From: an uncultured bacterium
GTDB lineage: Bacteria > Actinomycetota > Acidimicrobiia > Spongiisociales > UBA5794
Assembly (NCBI GenBank): GCA_963801165.1
Contig: CAWDDT010000007.1
Location: 192,001 to 256,000 of the forward strand
Direction: 5' to 3'
DNA: 64,000 nt
Below, piece after piece: positions 18,689-28,698 of this stretch. Made by a program: the position numbers and the translations under genes. The notes under the pieces are model-generated. The model did no database searches and was not told the DNA's origin. It was given only the letters and a program-made list of their open reading frames with translations. The first letter of the stretch is position 1, and each line of letters begins with the position of its first letter.

Positions 18689-20101
18689 CTACATCAGACC
18701 GTGGTAGAGGGCGAGCAGCTTCTGCTCTTCGATTCCCCAGTTGTACTTCTGCGCCGCCGCCCTGGTGGCGGCCCGGTATTTGCCGAGATCGCTCAGGATG
18801 AGCCGTGCGGCGTTGGCCAGGCTCTCCGGGTCGGATGGATCCGCTACCTCGCCTACACCCTCCTCCTTGACGATACGGCCGATCTCGGGGGAGTCCGACC
18901 CGATCACCGCAATCCCGGCGATGATGTACTCGAACAGCTTGTTGGGAAGCGAGGTGTAGTAGCTGAGCGACGAGTTGACGATGTTGCACATTCCGATGTC
19001 GGCCGCGGCGGTCCACTGGAGAAGCTCGTCGTTCGGGATCGGCCCGAAGAACTTGACCCGGTCGGTGAGACCACGTTTGCGCACGTCCGCCTCCAGCTCG
19101 GGCCGGTAGTAGCCGTAGCCGACTACAACCAGCACGGCCTTGCCGAGCAGAGTGACCGCATCGATCGCCGGCTCGATGCCGCGGTTCTCCTGGATCGATC
19201 CCTGATAAATCAGGATGGGAGCATCGGCGGGTATGCCGAGCTCGCCGCGAAGATCCCGGGGGTGGTCGATCACCTCGAGCGCCGGGGTGTTGATGATGCT
19301 CACCGACGGGTTGGGGACCTTGCCGTATTTTCCGCGGTTGATGTCGATCCACGACGGCGAGGCGACGATCATTGCGTCGGCGTGAGGGAGCCAATGACTC
19401 TCGTTCCACGCAGCCCACCACCGCCATGACCGCGTCATCCGGTTGCGCTCGGTTTGCAGCTCGTGCGAGTCGTAGACCAGCCGGGCGTGTGTGCGCTTCT
19501 TGCACATCCACCCGACATAGAGGGTGTTGAGATCGTTGGAGTGATAGACGTCGGCCTTTGCGGCGAGCCCGACCTCGATCATGCGCCGGTTGATTGCCCA
19601 CGTCTTCAGCGCCCGGCCCTGTCTGCCAACCAGGAACTTGACCACCTTGAATCCGAACCTGGCGAGCCTGGCGATTCCCCGCAAGATCGGTGTTGTGACC
19701 CGCCCCCACAGGCGGCTGACATAAGTCGATGCGGCGTCGCCGGTGTCGGCAACGACGACCTCGACCTGGTCGCTCGGAGTGGCCGTCGAGGTCGGTATCC
19801 ACTGGCTCAGCTCCTTGGCGCGGTCCTCGTCCACCTCCTCGCCGGTGAGACGGGAGTGGCGGGTCTCGATCGACCCTGCGTAGCGAGCTGCGATCTTATT
19901 GAGCGTGCCCAACCCGAAGCTGAGCCGGCTGACCCGGACGACGTTGATGCCGTCTGCCGTCACCTCGTGCTCGGCGGTCTTGTCTGGGACATGTATGGCG
20001 ACCACCGTCACCTGGTGGCCTGCCCCGATGAGGGTCTTTGCCTCCTTGGTGACCCGGGCGTCGTACTCGAACGAGTTCTTCACGAACATGCAGATCTTCA
20101 T
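18689..20101 (-). CDS. GT4 glycosyltransferase
   Basis: MKICMFV...DARVTKEA, YHSNDL, VYDSHE, YQGSIQENRGIE, LPNKLFEY. Start 20101 or 20110. Confidence 0.9.
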   Translation of the reverse strand: MKICMFVKNSFEYDARVTKEAKTLIGAGHQVTVVAIHVPDKTAEHEVTADGINVVRVSRLSFGLGTLNKIAARYAGSIETRHSRLTGEEVDEDRAKELSQWIPTSTATPSDQVEVVVADTGDAASTYVSRLWGRVTTPILRGIARLARFGFKVVKFLVGRQGRALKTWAINRRMIEVGLAAKADVYHSNDLNTLYVGWMCKKRTHARLVYDSHELQTERNRMTRSWRWWAAWNESHWLPHADAMIVASPSWIDINRGKYGKVPNPSVSIINTPALEVIDHPRDLRGELGIPADAPILIYQGSIQENRGIEPAIDAVTLLGKAVLVVVGYGYYRPELEADVRKRGLTDRVKFFGPIPNDELLQWTAAADIGMCNIVNSSLSYYTSLPNKLFEYIIAGIAVIGSDSPEIGRIVKEEGVGEVADPSDPESLANAARLILSDLGKYRAATRAAAQKYNWGIEEQKLLALYHGLM

Positions 20102-20209
20102 AGAGCCCATGAGCGTACTGTGAAGTGTGGCGACGTGATTCCCACCGCTAGCCGCCACCGCTGTTCGTGGCTTCCTTATCGCTGCGATTCATCCACTACC
20201 ATCTCGCCC

Positions 20210-21979
20210 ATGCGAATCTGCTTGGTTGCAGTCGGCCGGTACTGCAACGACCCACGTGCCATGACGCTCGCCGGCAGCCTCGCCCATGTCGGTCACCAGG
20301 TCACCGTTGTCGCCAGTGGCCGTGCTGCCGATTGCGGTACTGACGGTATCGAGGTCAAGTTCGTACCCACTCGCTACCCGGTCGGCAGGGGCCGGGTTGG
20401 CAAGATCCTGCGCAGGATGCAAACCAAGGGCCTGCGAAGACGGCTCCACCACGCCCGGCTGGCCGAAGCGGTCCGCCGCTTCAAGCCGGACATCGTGTAT
20501 CCCACATCTGAGGCGGCGGTGCCGGTGGCCGTAGCCGCGGTCTCCGGGACCGAAGCAACGGTCGTTCGTGATCCGCGTTGGCGCGACGCGGGGCCTCGCG
20601 ACCTCGTCGACCTCGCCCCGCACAACCCCGAGCTCAGCGTGTCACCCGCCGGGCCGGGTGGCCGCTACCTGACCCCCGCCGACGAGCGCGAGCCGTACAC
20701 TCCGGAGCCGGACCGGTACCGGCATCTGCGCATCGCGTTGTGCTATCGCAAGACCGACACCAACCCGGGCAAATACCTCGAAGCGGCGATGGTCCGGGCG
20801 GGTATCACGGTCGACCTGCACACACAGGAGATCGACTGGCGTACGTTATCGCCAGACACCAACGCGGTGTTGTTCGTGGAAGGGCCGTACCCGGGGTTGC
20901 AGGTCAAGGGGCTCAACCCGGGTATTCCAGTCCTGTACTGGGTGCACCACGGTGAGCACCACATTCCCACCAATCTGCGTCTGGTCGAGCGCTATGGCGC
21001 CAACGCCGTGCTGCTGGCCCACTCCTGGCACCTGGCACACCGCTTCCCGGTTCCGGTGCATCGGTTCACGTTCGGGGTTGCCCCCGAGTTGGTCAACGCC
21101 TCGGTTCCGTGGCGGGAGCGCAAGTACGACGCGTCCATGGTCGGGGGACAGCTGCGTCGCAAGGGGGGCACGTATGCCAAGCGTCAGCAGCTCGTCGACA
21201 CGCTGGAGCAGGCGCTCGGCAAGAAGCACACCGCATTCAGGTCCGACGTGACCGCACAAGAGATGGCCGACATATACGCCAATGCGAAGATCATCCTCAA
21301 TGAGGGCGGCACCCGTCACTACCCGATCACCATGCGCGTTCTCGAGACGATTGGCTCCGGTGCGATCCTGGTCACCGACGACCTTCCTGGAACCGATCTG
21401 ATCGTGCCGCGCAAGCATTATTTCGTGCTGGAAGACGATGCCGTCGCCCAGGTCAAGCGTCTGCTGAGCAAGCCGGGTGAGATGGCGGCGATCGCTGCCG
21501 AGGCGCGTGAGTATGCCGTTGGCAGGCACACCTACGACCACAACGTCGACGACCTCGTCGAGATCATCAAGGGGATCAAGGCTCCGGTCGGGGAGGAGTC
21601 GATCCGTGAGATGAGCCCGATGGCTGCGCTGATAGACGAGGACGTCGAGGTGCAGCGGTTGGCACAGTTCGGGCTCCCCGATCTCGCCTCCGAGCTCGCC
21701 AGCCGCGAAGTGTGGGATGGAGAGGGGCGGATCGGACAGCTCAACCCCGACACCATGGAGGCCGTCGCCATCGGTCCGCAAGGAACCCGGCACCTGGTCC
21801 GTGCCCTCCAGGCCGCCCGGCGCTACATCTACGCCGCAGGCGAGATCGAGGTCATCGAACAGTACGTCATCCGCGAGCTCCCGGACGCCACGGTGACCCA
21901 CCACGACGGTCTGCTTCGTGTCGACCTGAACGCTGAGTCGTACCGGATACTGGCGCACGAGCGGGTCATCACCACCTGA
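20210..21979 (+). CDS. Multidomain GT-B glycosyltransferase (GT4-like N-terminus plus CgeB/Glyco_trans_1_2-like domain)
   Basis: Start MRICLVAVGR at 20210 (the ORF-track extension overlaps the opposite gene). MADIYANAKIILN, TMRVLETIGSG, HTYDH. Confidence 0.8.
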   Translation: MRICLVAVGRYCNDPRAMTLAGSLAHVGHQVTVVASGRAADCGTDGIEVKFVPTRYPVGRGRVGKILRRMQTKGLRRRLHHARLAEAVRRFKPDIVYPTSEAAVPVAVAAVSGTEATVVRDPRWRDAGPRDLVDLAPHNPELSVSPAGPGGRYLTPADEREPYTPEPDRYRHLRIALCYRKTDTNPGKYLEAAMVRAGITVDLHTQEIDWRTLSPDTNAVLFVEGPYPGLQVKGLNPGIPVLYWVHHGEHHIPTNLRLVERYGANAVLLAHSWHLAHRFPVPVHRFTFGVAPELVNASVPWRERKYDASMVGGQLRRKGGTYAKRQQLVDTLEQALGKKHTAFRSDVTAQEMADIYANAKIILNEGGTRHYPITMRVLETIGSGAILVTDDLPGTDLIVPRKHYFVLEDDAVAQVKRLLSKPGEMAAIAAEAREYAVGRHTYDHNVDDLVEIIKGIKAPVGEESIREMSPMAALIDEDVEVQRLAQFGLPDLASELASREVWDGEGRIGQLNPDTMEAVAIGPQGTRHLVRALQAARRYIYAAGEIEVIEQYVIRELPDATVTHHDGLLRVDLNAESYRILAHERVITT

Positions 21980-21990
21980 CCGGAGGACCC

Positions 21991-24618
21991 ATGCCACGGT
22001 ACGTTGCGGCCGAGAACGACTACCGCGGGGTGCGCTCGATGCCCCCCGGCCCGGAGCCCTCGGTCGCGGTTGTGATCCCGGTCTACAACCGGGTCGATCT
22101 GCTTGCCAACACCCTGGCCGGTCTCGTGGCGCAGACCTACACCCCGTTGCGGGTGGTCGTCGCCGACGATGGATCGGACGAGGACGTCGCCGCCGTGATC
22201 TCGCAATTCGAAGGTGATCTCGAGGTGCGGCTGGTGCGCCAGCAGCACGACGGCTACGGGGCAGGCCGGGCTCGCAACCTGGGTTCGGCGGCGACCGATG
22301 CCGACGTTCTGGTGTTCATCGACGCCGATTGCGTCCCCGATCCCGAACTGGTGCGACGTCATGCGGATTGGCATCGCCACGCGGGCAACCTGGTCGTCAT
22401 CGGCTCCCGACACCACCTCGACACGTCGGAGATCGACCGGGACGCTCTGCGCCGCGGCCGGGCCGACCTCAGAAGTCGAATCGCCAGCACTACCAACCCC
22501 GAGCCCGGTCTCGTTCCCGACGACTTCCGCCGGGTCTTCTACAGGCGTACTGCAGGCCTGCGGCTCGGCGATGAGGCGTTTCGCTCGCTCGTCTCATCCA
22601 ACTTCTCGATCCCGAGGCAGGCCTTCATCGATATCGGTGGGTTCTGCGAGGACTTCGACCGGTGGGGCGGCGAGGATACAGAGCTGGGCTGGCGTCTCTT
22701 CAACGACGGCTTTTTCTTCGTCCCGGAGAACAGCGCGGCGATCTACCACCAGACCCAACAGGACGAGGGCGACACCTCCGACTGGCGGCAACGGGCGCGC
22801 TCGGCCAACGAAGGGATCATCCAGGCGAAGATCCCGCACCGCTTCTACCGGAAGTCGGAGCGTGGCTACATCTACGAGACACCGAAACTGACGTGGCTGA
22901 TCACCCCGACCGTCGCCGGTCGCGCTCAAGAGCTATGGGACCAGATCCTCAAGCAGACGTTCACCGACTTCGAGGTGATCCTCGTCGGTGGTTCACCCGA
23001 GGTGGATCTCCTGGGCGAGACCCTCAGCGGCGACCCACGGCTCACGGTCATCCCCCCGAACGCGGACGGCTCACCGGGCTTCCGGGAGGCGCTGCGGGCC
23101 AGCCGCGGCGAGTACGTCGCCATCCTGCACGGGTGGGCGTCGCTCGATCACAGGCTGGCGAGCCGAGCGGTACGGCGTCTCGATGCCAACCCCCGGGCCT
23201 CGATCGTGCGCACCGGCTATCAGGTGGTTGCGGGGGATGGTTCGACGACATACCTCTACGACGAGGCGATTGTGGGGATCGATTCGGCATGGGGCGATTT
23301 GCCGATCTTCGCAATGACGAGACGGCGTGAGTGGGCAAAATTGATCGACGAGAACGCGGACGCCGCGGGCATGTGGCAGGAAGTCATGCGGCTGTCCGAC
23401 ACTAAGGCGCTGCGGGACGGCATGGTGGCGATACCGGCGCTCAGCCCTACCGACGAGATGCCGGATGAGTTCCCCTCCATCACCGGGGAACGGACCCATT
23501 TCGTCGACGACGTCACCAAGGGCGGGGCCAAGCGTGCCGCGGTTGCGGTGGCCCGGTTCGCAGTGGCAAAGGCGCAGCGCAAACCCTATCGGCCCATCGG
23601 CCTCGACACGACTCGCAGCGCCCGTCTCGAGCCGGATACCGGAGGGGAGCCGGTACCGGGGGTCTCCTATATCGGGTGGCTCGGTCGGGAGAACTTCGGC
23701 GACGAGATCATGCTGCGGGCGGTCCAGGGGCTCCTACCAAACGCCAGGGTCGGGTATGAAGCTCCGGGAGCCAAGTTGTTGCTGTTGGGCGGGGGAACGT
23801 TGATCAACCGGCTCACCTATCTCGAGGCGTTGCGCCGCCACGACAGCCCGCGGGTCGAGCGTGCCGTGTTCGGCACCGGAGTCGCCGATCCGACGTATTG
23901 GGGGATCACCGAGCCGACCGACCACTGGCTCGATTTCCTCGACACCTGCATCTATGTGGGTGTGCGCGGTCCTCGCTCCGAGGCGTTGCTGCGTGAATGG
24001 GGTTTCCAGGGGGAGCTCGAGATCGTTGGTGATCCCGGCCTGTCGATCGACCCGGCGCATCCGGTTGCCCGTGATGAAGGCCTGGTAGTGGTGAGCCCTG
24101 CTTTCACCGGCGGCGAGCTGTTGGGGGAGAGCGACGAAGCGGTGTTCGCCGCGATGGCGCGTATGGTCGAAACCCTCCGCGGCAACGATCATCCGGTCGC
24201 CTACCTGTCGTGCTACCCCGGCGACGATCGCTTCATCATGGAGATCATGCGCGACTCCGGATCGGTCGACGCCCGCTACGTCGCCGCCTACGCCGACCAC
24301 GACGCCGGCATCGAGTTGCTGGCGAGCGCTGGAGTCGTCGTTGCCGAGCGGCTCCACGCCGCAGTCATCGCGGCCGCCGCGGGGACGCCCTTTGTGGCGA
24401 TCGAATACCGGCCCAAGGTGCGCGATTTCGCCCGGTCGGTCGAGCAGGAGATGTACGTGATCCGCAGCGACGAGATCAGTTCCGAACGTCTGGTTGAGAT
24501 GGTCGGTCTGGCAGGAGCCGGGGAGACTGCAAAGACCCGCCTTCGTGAGTCGGTCGCGGCCTACCGGTCTCGTCAGACCTCCGCCGCCGCCCTCCTCAAC
24601 CAGATCCTCGAGACCTGA
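21991..24618 (+). CDS. Fusion of a GT2 glycosyltransferase, a degenerate second GT2 domain and a polysaccharide pyruvyltransferase
   Basis: VVIPVYNR, DDGS, FIDADC, WGGEDTELGWRL. C-terminal ENFGDEIM, LLGGGTLI, VGVRGPRS, GDPG, AERLHAAVIA. Confidence 0.88.
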   Translation: MPRYVAAENDYRGVRSMPPGPEPSVAVVIPVYNRVDLLANTLAGLVAQTYTPLRVVVADDGSDEDVAAVISQFEGDLEVRLVRQQHDGYGAGRARNLGSAATDADVLVFIDADCVPDPELVRRHADWHRHAGNLVVIGSRHHLDTSEIDRDALRRGRADLRSRIASTTNPEPGLVPDDFRRVFYRRTAGLRLGDEAFRSLVSSNFSIPRQAFIDIGGFCEDFDRWGGEDTELGWRLFNDGFFFVPENSAAIYHQTQQDEGDTSDWRQRARSANEGIIQAKIPHRFYRKSERGYIYETPKLTWLITPTVAGRAQELWDQILKQTFTDFEVILVGGSPEVDLLGETLSGDPRLTVIPPNADGSPGFREALRASRGEYVAILHGWASLDHRLASRAVRRLDANPRASIVRTGYQVVAGDGSTTYLYDEAIVGIDSAWGDLPIFAMTRRREWAKLIDENADAAGMWQEVMRLSDTKALRDGMVAIPALSPTDEMPDEFPSITGERTHFVDDVTKGGAKRAAVAVARFAVAKAQRKPYRPIGLDTTRSARLEPDTGGEPVPGVSYIGWLGRENFGDEIMLRAVQGLLPNARVGYEAPGAKLLLLGGGTLINRLTYLEALRRHDSPRVERAVFGTGVADPTYWGITEPTDHWLDFLDTCIYVGVRGPRSEALLREWGFQGELEIVGDPGLSIDPAHPVARDEGLVVVSPAFTGGELLGESDEAVFAAMARMVETLRGNDHPVAYLSCYPGDDRFIMEIMRDSGSVDARYVAAYADHDAGIELLASAGVVVAERLHAAVIAAAAGTPFVAIEYRPKVRDFARSVEQEMYVIRSDEISSERLVEMVGLAGAGETAKTRLRESVAAYRSRQTSAAALLNQILET

Positions 24619-24713
24619 CCAAGGCCCGGCCCCGGCGTGGTCTGTGCATCACGACGGGAGGGCTCACATCCGCCGTCGCTTGGTACCGGCAGAAATCGGG
24701 CGCGTTAGGGGCC

Positions 24714-26477
24714 ATGCGGAAACTATCGTCGGTGAGCATGCGAACTCTCTCCGTGACAATTCTGGCGGTGGTGATGTTGATCGTCGCCGCGGCGGGCGCT
24801 CTGGCCGGTCTCCCGCCGGGTGGAACCTTCACCGATGACAACGGCAACGTCCACGAGGGCTACATCGAAGCCATCGCGGCGGCCGGCATCACCAGGGGCT
24901 GCAATCCGCCGGTCAACGACGAGTATTGCCCCAGCGACTTCGTGACGCGAGGCGAGATGGCCGCCTTTGTGGTTCGCACGCTCGGGTTGACAGGCGACGG
25001 TGGCCGCGACTGGTTCACAGACGACAGCGGCAACACGTTCGAAGCCGACATCAACAAGCTGGCCGCGGCCGGGATCACCAAGGGATGCAACCCACCTGCC
25101 AACGACATGTACTGCCCGAACGACCGGGTCAGCAGGGGCCAGATGGCGGCGTTCCTCGTGCGTGCCTACGGATACTCGGACCCGGGATCTGGTGACTTCT
25201 TCACAGACGACAACGGGAACACATTCGAGGCCGACATCAACAAGCTGGCCGCGGCCGGGATCACCAAGGGATGCAACCCGCCGACCAACGACCACTACTG
25301 CCCGTACTCGAACGTGAGGCGGGACGAGATGGCGAGCTTCCTCGGCCGCACCGAAGGTCTCGAGCCGCTGGTGCCTCCACCGGCGGTTGAGCCCGGAATC
25401 GAGACCGTGGTGACCGGGCTCAACTACCCCGTGTATGCCACGTCTCCGCAGGGCGGCGACCGGCTCTTCGTCGTCGAGAAGGGCGGCTACATCCGGATCG
25501 TGGCCAACGACAAACTGCAGCCGGGAACCTTCCTCGACATCCACACGAAGGTGTCGGGTGGAGGAGAGCAAGGTCTTCTCAGTCTGGCCTTCTCACCCGA
25601 CTACGCCACCGACGGTCTCTTCTACGTCGACTACACCGACACGGCAGGTGACTCGCATATTGTCGAGTATTCGGTCTCGTCGGATCCGGACGTTGCCGAT
25701 GCCGGTTCGGCGCACACGGTCCTCACGGTCGACCAGCCATTCTCCAACCACAACGGCGGGCTGATCATGTTCGATCCGGACGGCTACCTGTTGGTCGGTC
25801 TCGGTGACGGGGGCAGCGCCGGTGATCCATTCGAGACCGGGCAGGACAACACGGACCTGCTCGGTTCGCTGCTTCGGATCGGCGTCGGCGGTGACGACTT
25901 CCCGAGCGACGCCTCGCGCAACTACACGATTCCCCCCGACAACCCGTACGTGGGCAAGAGCGGTGCGGACGAGGTATGGGCCTACGGGTTGCGCAATCCC
26001 TGGCGTTTCTCTATCGATTCCGAGACGGGTTTGCTCTACATAGGAGATGTCGGGCAGGGTGCCTGGGAAGAGGTAGACGTGGCCCCGTCGAGCGAAGGCG
26101 GCCGCAACTACGGCTGGGACAACTACGAGGGCAACCACTGCTTCAGCGACACCTCCGGCCCGACCAATTGCAGCTCGACCGGAATCACATTCCCCGTATA
26201 CGAGTACTCACACGGCGAGGGTTGCTCGATCACCGGTGGCTACGTGTATCGCGGCGACGAGATACCGGACCTCAAGGGCCAGTACTTCTTCGCCGACTAC
26301 TGCATTGGGGAGCTACACAGCTTCCACTACGTGAACGGTGTCCGCGACTCCGACCACAACTGGGCTTCCGACTTCGGCAGTCTCGGCTCGGTCACATCGT
26401 TTGGAGTCGACAGCTCGAACAGGCTCTACATCATGAACTCGGCAGGTGATCTCATGCGATTGGCCCCATCCGGCTGA
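24714..26477 (+). CDS. Secreted protein: three SLH-like domains plus PQQ-dependent glucose/sorbosone dehydrogenase (GSDH) domain
   Basis: Signal peptide (alternative start 24738); GCNPP repeats; GEQGLLSLAFSPDY, NHNGG, GDGGS, YGLRNPWRFS, GDVGQGAWEE. Confidence 0.9.
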   Translation: MRKLSSVSMRTLSVTILAVVMLIVAAAGALAGLPPGGTFTDDNGNVHEGYIEAIAAAGITRGCNPPVNDEYCPSDFVTRGEMAAFVVRTLGLTGDGGRDWFTDDSGNTFEADINKLAAAGITKGCNPPANDMYCPNDRVSRGQMAAFLVRAYGYSDPGSGDFFTDDNGNTFEADINKLAAAGITKGCNPPTNDHYCPYSNVRRDEMASFLGRTEGLEPLVPPPAVEPGIETVVTGLNYPVYATSPQGGDRLFVVEKGGYIRIVANDKLQPGTFLDIHTKVSGGGEQGLLSLAFSPDYATDGLFYVDYTDTAGDSHIVEYSVSSDPDVADAGSAHTVLTVDQPFSNHNGGLIMFDPDGYLLVGLGDGGSAGDPFETGQDNTDLLGSLLRIGVGGDDFPSDASRNYTIPPDNPYVGKSGADEVWAYGLRNPWRFSIDSETGLLYIGDVGQGAWEEVDVAPSSEGGRNYGWDNYEGNHCFSDTSGPTNCSSTGITFPVYEYSHGEGCSITGGYVYRGDEIPDLKGQYFFADYCIGELHSFHYVNGVRDSDHNWASDFGSLGSVTSFGVDSSNRLYIMNSAGDLMRLAPSG

Positions 26478-28570
26478 TGCGGCGGATTTGGTGTCTCCTC
26501 GTGGTTGCGGGGGTGGTCGCGACGTCCCTGGCGTTCTCACCACCTGTACGCGCCGCTGTGGGCGAGGGTACCGCCACCATCTCCACCGCCGAGTCGTGGG
26601 CTTGCGGGCAGCCATCGACCGATGGCAGCTATGCGTTCAAGATCGGCGGTATCAGCGACAGCCAGCCCGTCGGCGGTCCCCGTGCCGACCTCCTCGGTCG
26701 AACGATCGGGGAGGTGCGCGACTCGCTCGTGCATTGGACTGTGCCGATGTCCGGCGGCTATCAGGTTCTCGTCCACGAGCGGGAGTTGCCGGCGCTGAAT
26801 CAGGTCACGGCCAACCTCGCCGCCGAGCAAGCGAAGGGCCACTACTACGCGGTGAAGTCCTGGGAGACATATGGCTTCTCGGCACGGACCATCGGTGGTC
26901 GCTATCAGATCTCGCTCCACGCCCATGGGCTGGCCATCGACATCAATTCGGCATCCAATCCGTACCGTGCCGACGGAAAGCTCATCACCAACATTCCCGA
27001 TTGGTTCGTCAAAGCATGGACGGATGCCGGCTTTTGCTGGGGTGGCAGCTGGTACACGGCCAAGGACCCGATGCACTTCTCGTGGATGGGCCCGGCGGCA
27101 ACTCCCGGATACGGGGACATGCCGATGGCGTACCCGGTCCACACCTCTGCCGCCGACTACAGCGACGTCGTGATGGCAACGACGACGGAGTTCGGCGTTC
27201 CCAACAGCGACTACCGGTACCTGCTCGGCGACGGTGACGGCGATGGCCTTGCGGATGTCTTCCAGCTCGTGCCCAAGGACAACGGGACCCGCCTCGAGTA
27301 TTCACAGACCGACCGCAAACACGCCTGGTGCGCCATCGGACGGGACCATGCGCTCGACACATACGTGGGCGACCGGATTCCCCTGCTCGGTGACTATTCC
27401 CGTGTCGGGAGGAACGACCTGCTCCTGCTGGATACGAGCGGTACTGAGCTGAGCATCGAGGTGTCGCTGAAACCGACCGCGTTCTCGGAGTCGATCGTGC
27501 TGGACACCACGATCCCCGTCGTTGCCGGTGACGACTACCTGCTCGGTGATCACAACCGGGACGGCTACGTCGATCTCTACGTCATCCATCACGGGGCGGG
27601 GACGACGAGCGTTGACATCTACAGCGGTGTCGACGATTTCGCCACACTGCTGCTGTCGGTCGACACCGGTCTCGGTGATACCAGCAACAGCCTCTTCACG
27701 CTCGGCGACCGCAATCTGGACGAGCTTCCTGATCTCTTTGCCGTGACCCCCGATGGAGACCACGCCACGGTAGACGTGCTCCACAACGGGTACCAAACCA
27801 TCGATGAGACATTCACCGTCCCGATCGCAGCCGATCTCATGGACGTGCTGGTGAACGACTTCGACGGCGACGGCCGGGGCGACCTGTGGCTGTGGGACGT
27901 GACCGGCAAGCTGACGGTTCGTCTCGGCAACACCCGGATCCCCGGGGTGGCCCCCGATTTCTGGCACAACGACCCCGGCTGGCAGTGCAACCCCGACTCA
28001 CCGTCCTACGTGTTCGACGGGACGTTCCGTGACGACGACGGCAACATGCACGAGGGCAACATCGAGGTGATAGCCGGGGCGGGAGTCACCAAGGGCTGCA
28101 ATCCGCCGTTCAACGATGAGTACTGCCCCGACGAAGACGTCACCCGGGGGGAGATGGCGGCGTTCCTGGTGCGGGCCCTCGGGCTGACGGACGACGGTGG
28201 TCGTGACTGGTTCACCGATGACGACGGCAACGTTTTCGAGTCCGACATCAACAAGCTTGCCGCCGCGGGAGTGACCAGGGGGTGTGATCCGCCCGACAAC
28301 ACCCGGTTCTGCCCCAACGACAAGGTGAGTCGTGCCGAGATGGCGGCGTTCCTTGTGCGCGGTCTCGGTCTGACCGCGGGGAGCGGCAAAGACACGTTCG
28401 TCGATGACAACGCCTCGATCTTCGAAGATGACATCGACAGGCTGGCGGCTGCGGGCATCACCAGAGGGTGCAACCCACCGACCAACGACAGGTTCTGCCC
28501 CTATGCCGACGTCCGCCGTGACGAGATGGCCAGCTTCCTCGCCAGAGCCCTCCCGTTTATCCAGGATTGA
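26477..28570 (+). CDS. Secreted M15-family peptidase with FG-GAP/VCBS-like repeats and three SLH-like domains
   Basis: SLHAHGLAIDIN and WGGSW...DPMHF; repeated GDGDGDGLADVF / DFDGDGRGDL; C-terminal GCNPP repeats. Confidence 0.88.
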   Translation: MRRIWCLLVVAGVVATSLAFSPPVRAAVGEGTATISTAESWACGQPSTDGSYAFKIGGISDSQPVGGPRADLLGRTIGEVRDSLVHWTVPMSGGYQVLVHERELPALNQVTANLAAEQAKGHYYAVKSWETYGFSARTIGGRYQISLHAHGLAIDINSASNPYRADGKLITNIPDWFVKAWTDAGFCWGGSWYTAKDPMHFSWMGPAATPGYGDMPMAYPVHTSAADYSDVVMATTTEFGVPNSDYRYLLGDGDGDGLADVFQLVPKDNGTRLEYSQTDRKHAWCAIGRDHALDTYVGDRIPLLGDYSRVGRNDLLLLDTSGTELSIEVSLKPTAFSESIVLDTTIPVVAGDDYLLGDHNRDGYVDLYVIHHGAGTTSVDIYSGVDDFATLLLSVDTGLGDTSNSLFTLGDRNLDELPDLFAVTPDGDHATVDVLHNGYQTIDETFTVPIAADLMDVLVNDFDGDGRGDLWLWDVTGKLTVRLGNTRIPGVAPDFWHNDPGWQCNPDSPSYVFDGTFRDDDGNMHEGNIEVIAGAGVTKGCNPPFNDEYCPDEDVTRGEMAAFLVRALGLTDDGGRDWFTDDDGNVFESDINKLAAAGVTRGCDPPDNTRFCPNDKVSRAEMAAFLVRGLGLTAGSGKDTFVDDNASIFEDDIDRLAAAGITRGCNPPTNDRFCPYADVRRDEMASFLARALPFIQD

Positions 28571-28698
28571 CCCGAAAGGGGTTGCCAGTTTGTGGGTGGT
28601 GGGTGGACAATGAGGGGCGATCTGTACGATCATTGGCGGGTCGGGGCGCTCAAGCTCGCCCCGCGGCTGTCGATATCTGGACTATGTCTGTGAGGACT

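Noticed and set aside
19454-20209. N-terminal 252 aa of ORF 19454..21979, and similar extensions at 4270-4695, 39822-40154, 53153-53440 and 63028-63588
   Set aside because: They overlap neighbouring genes; family homology starts at downstream start codons.
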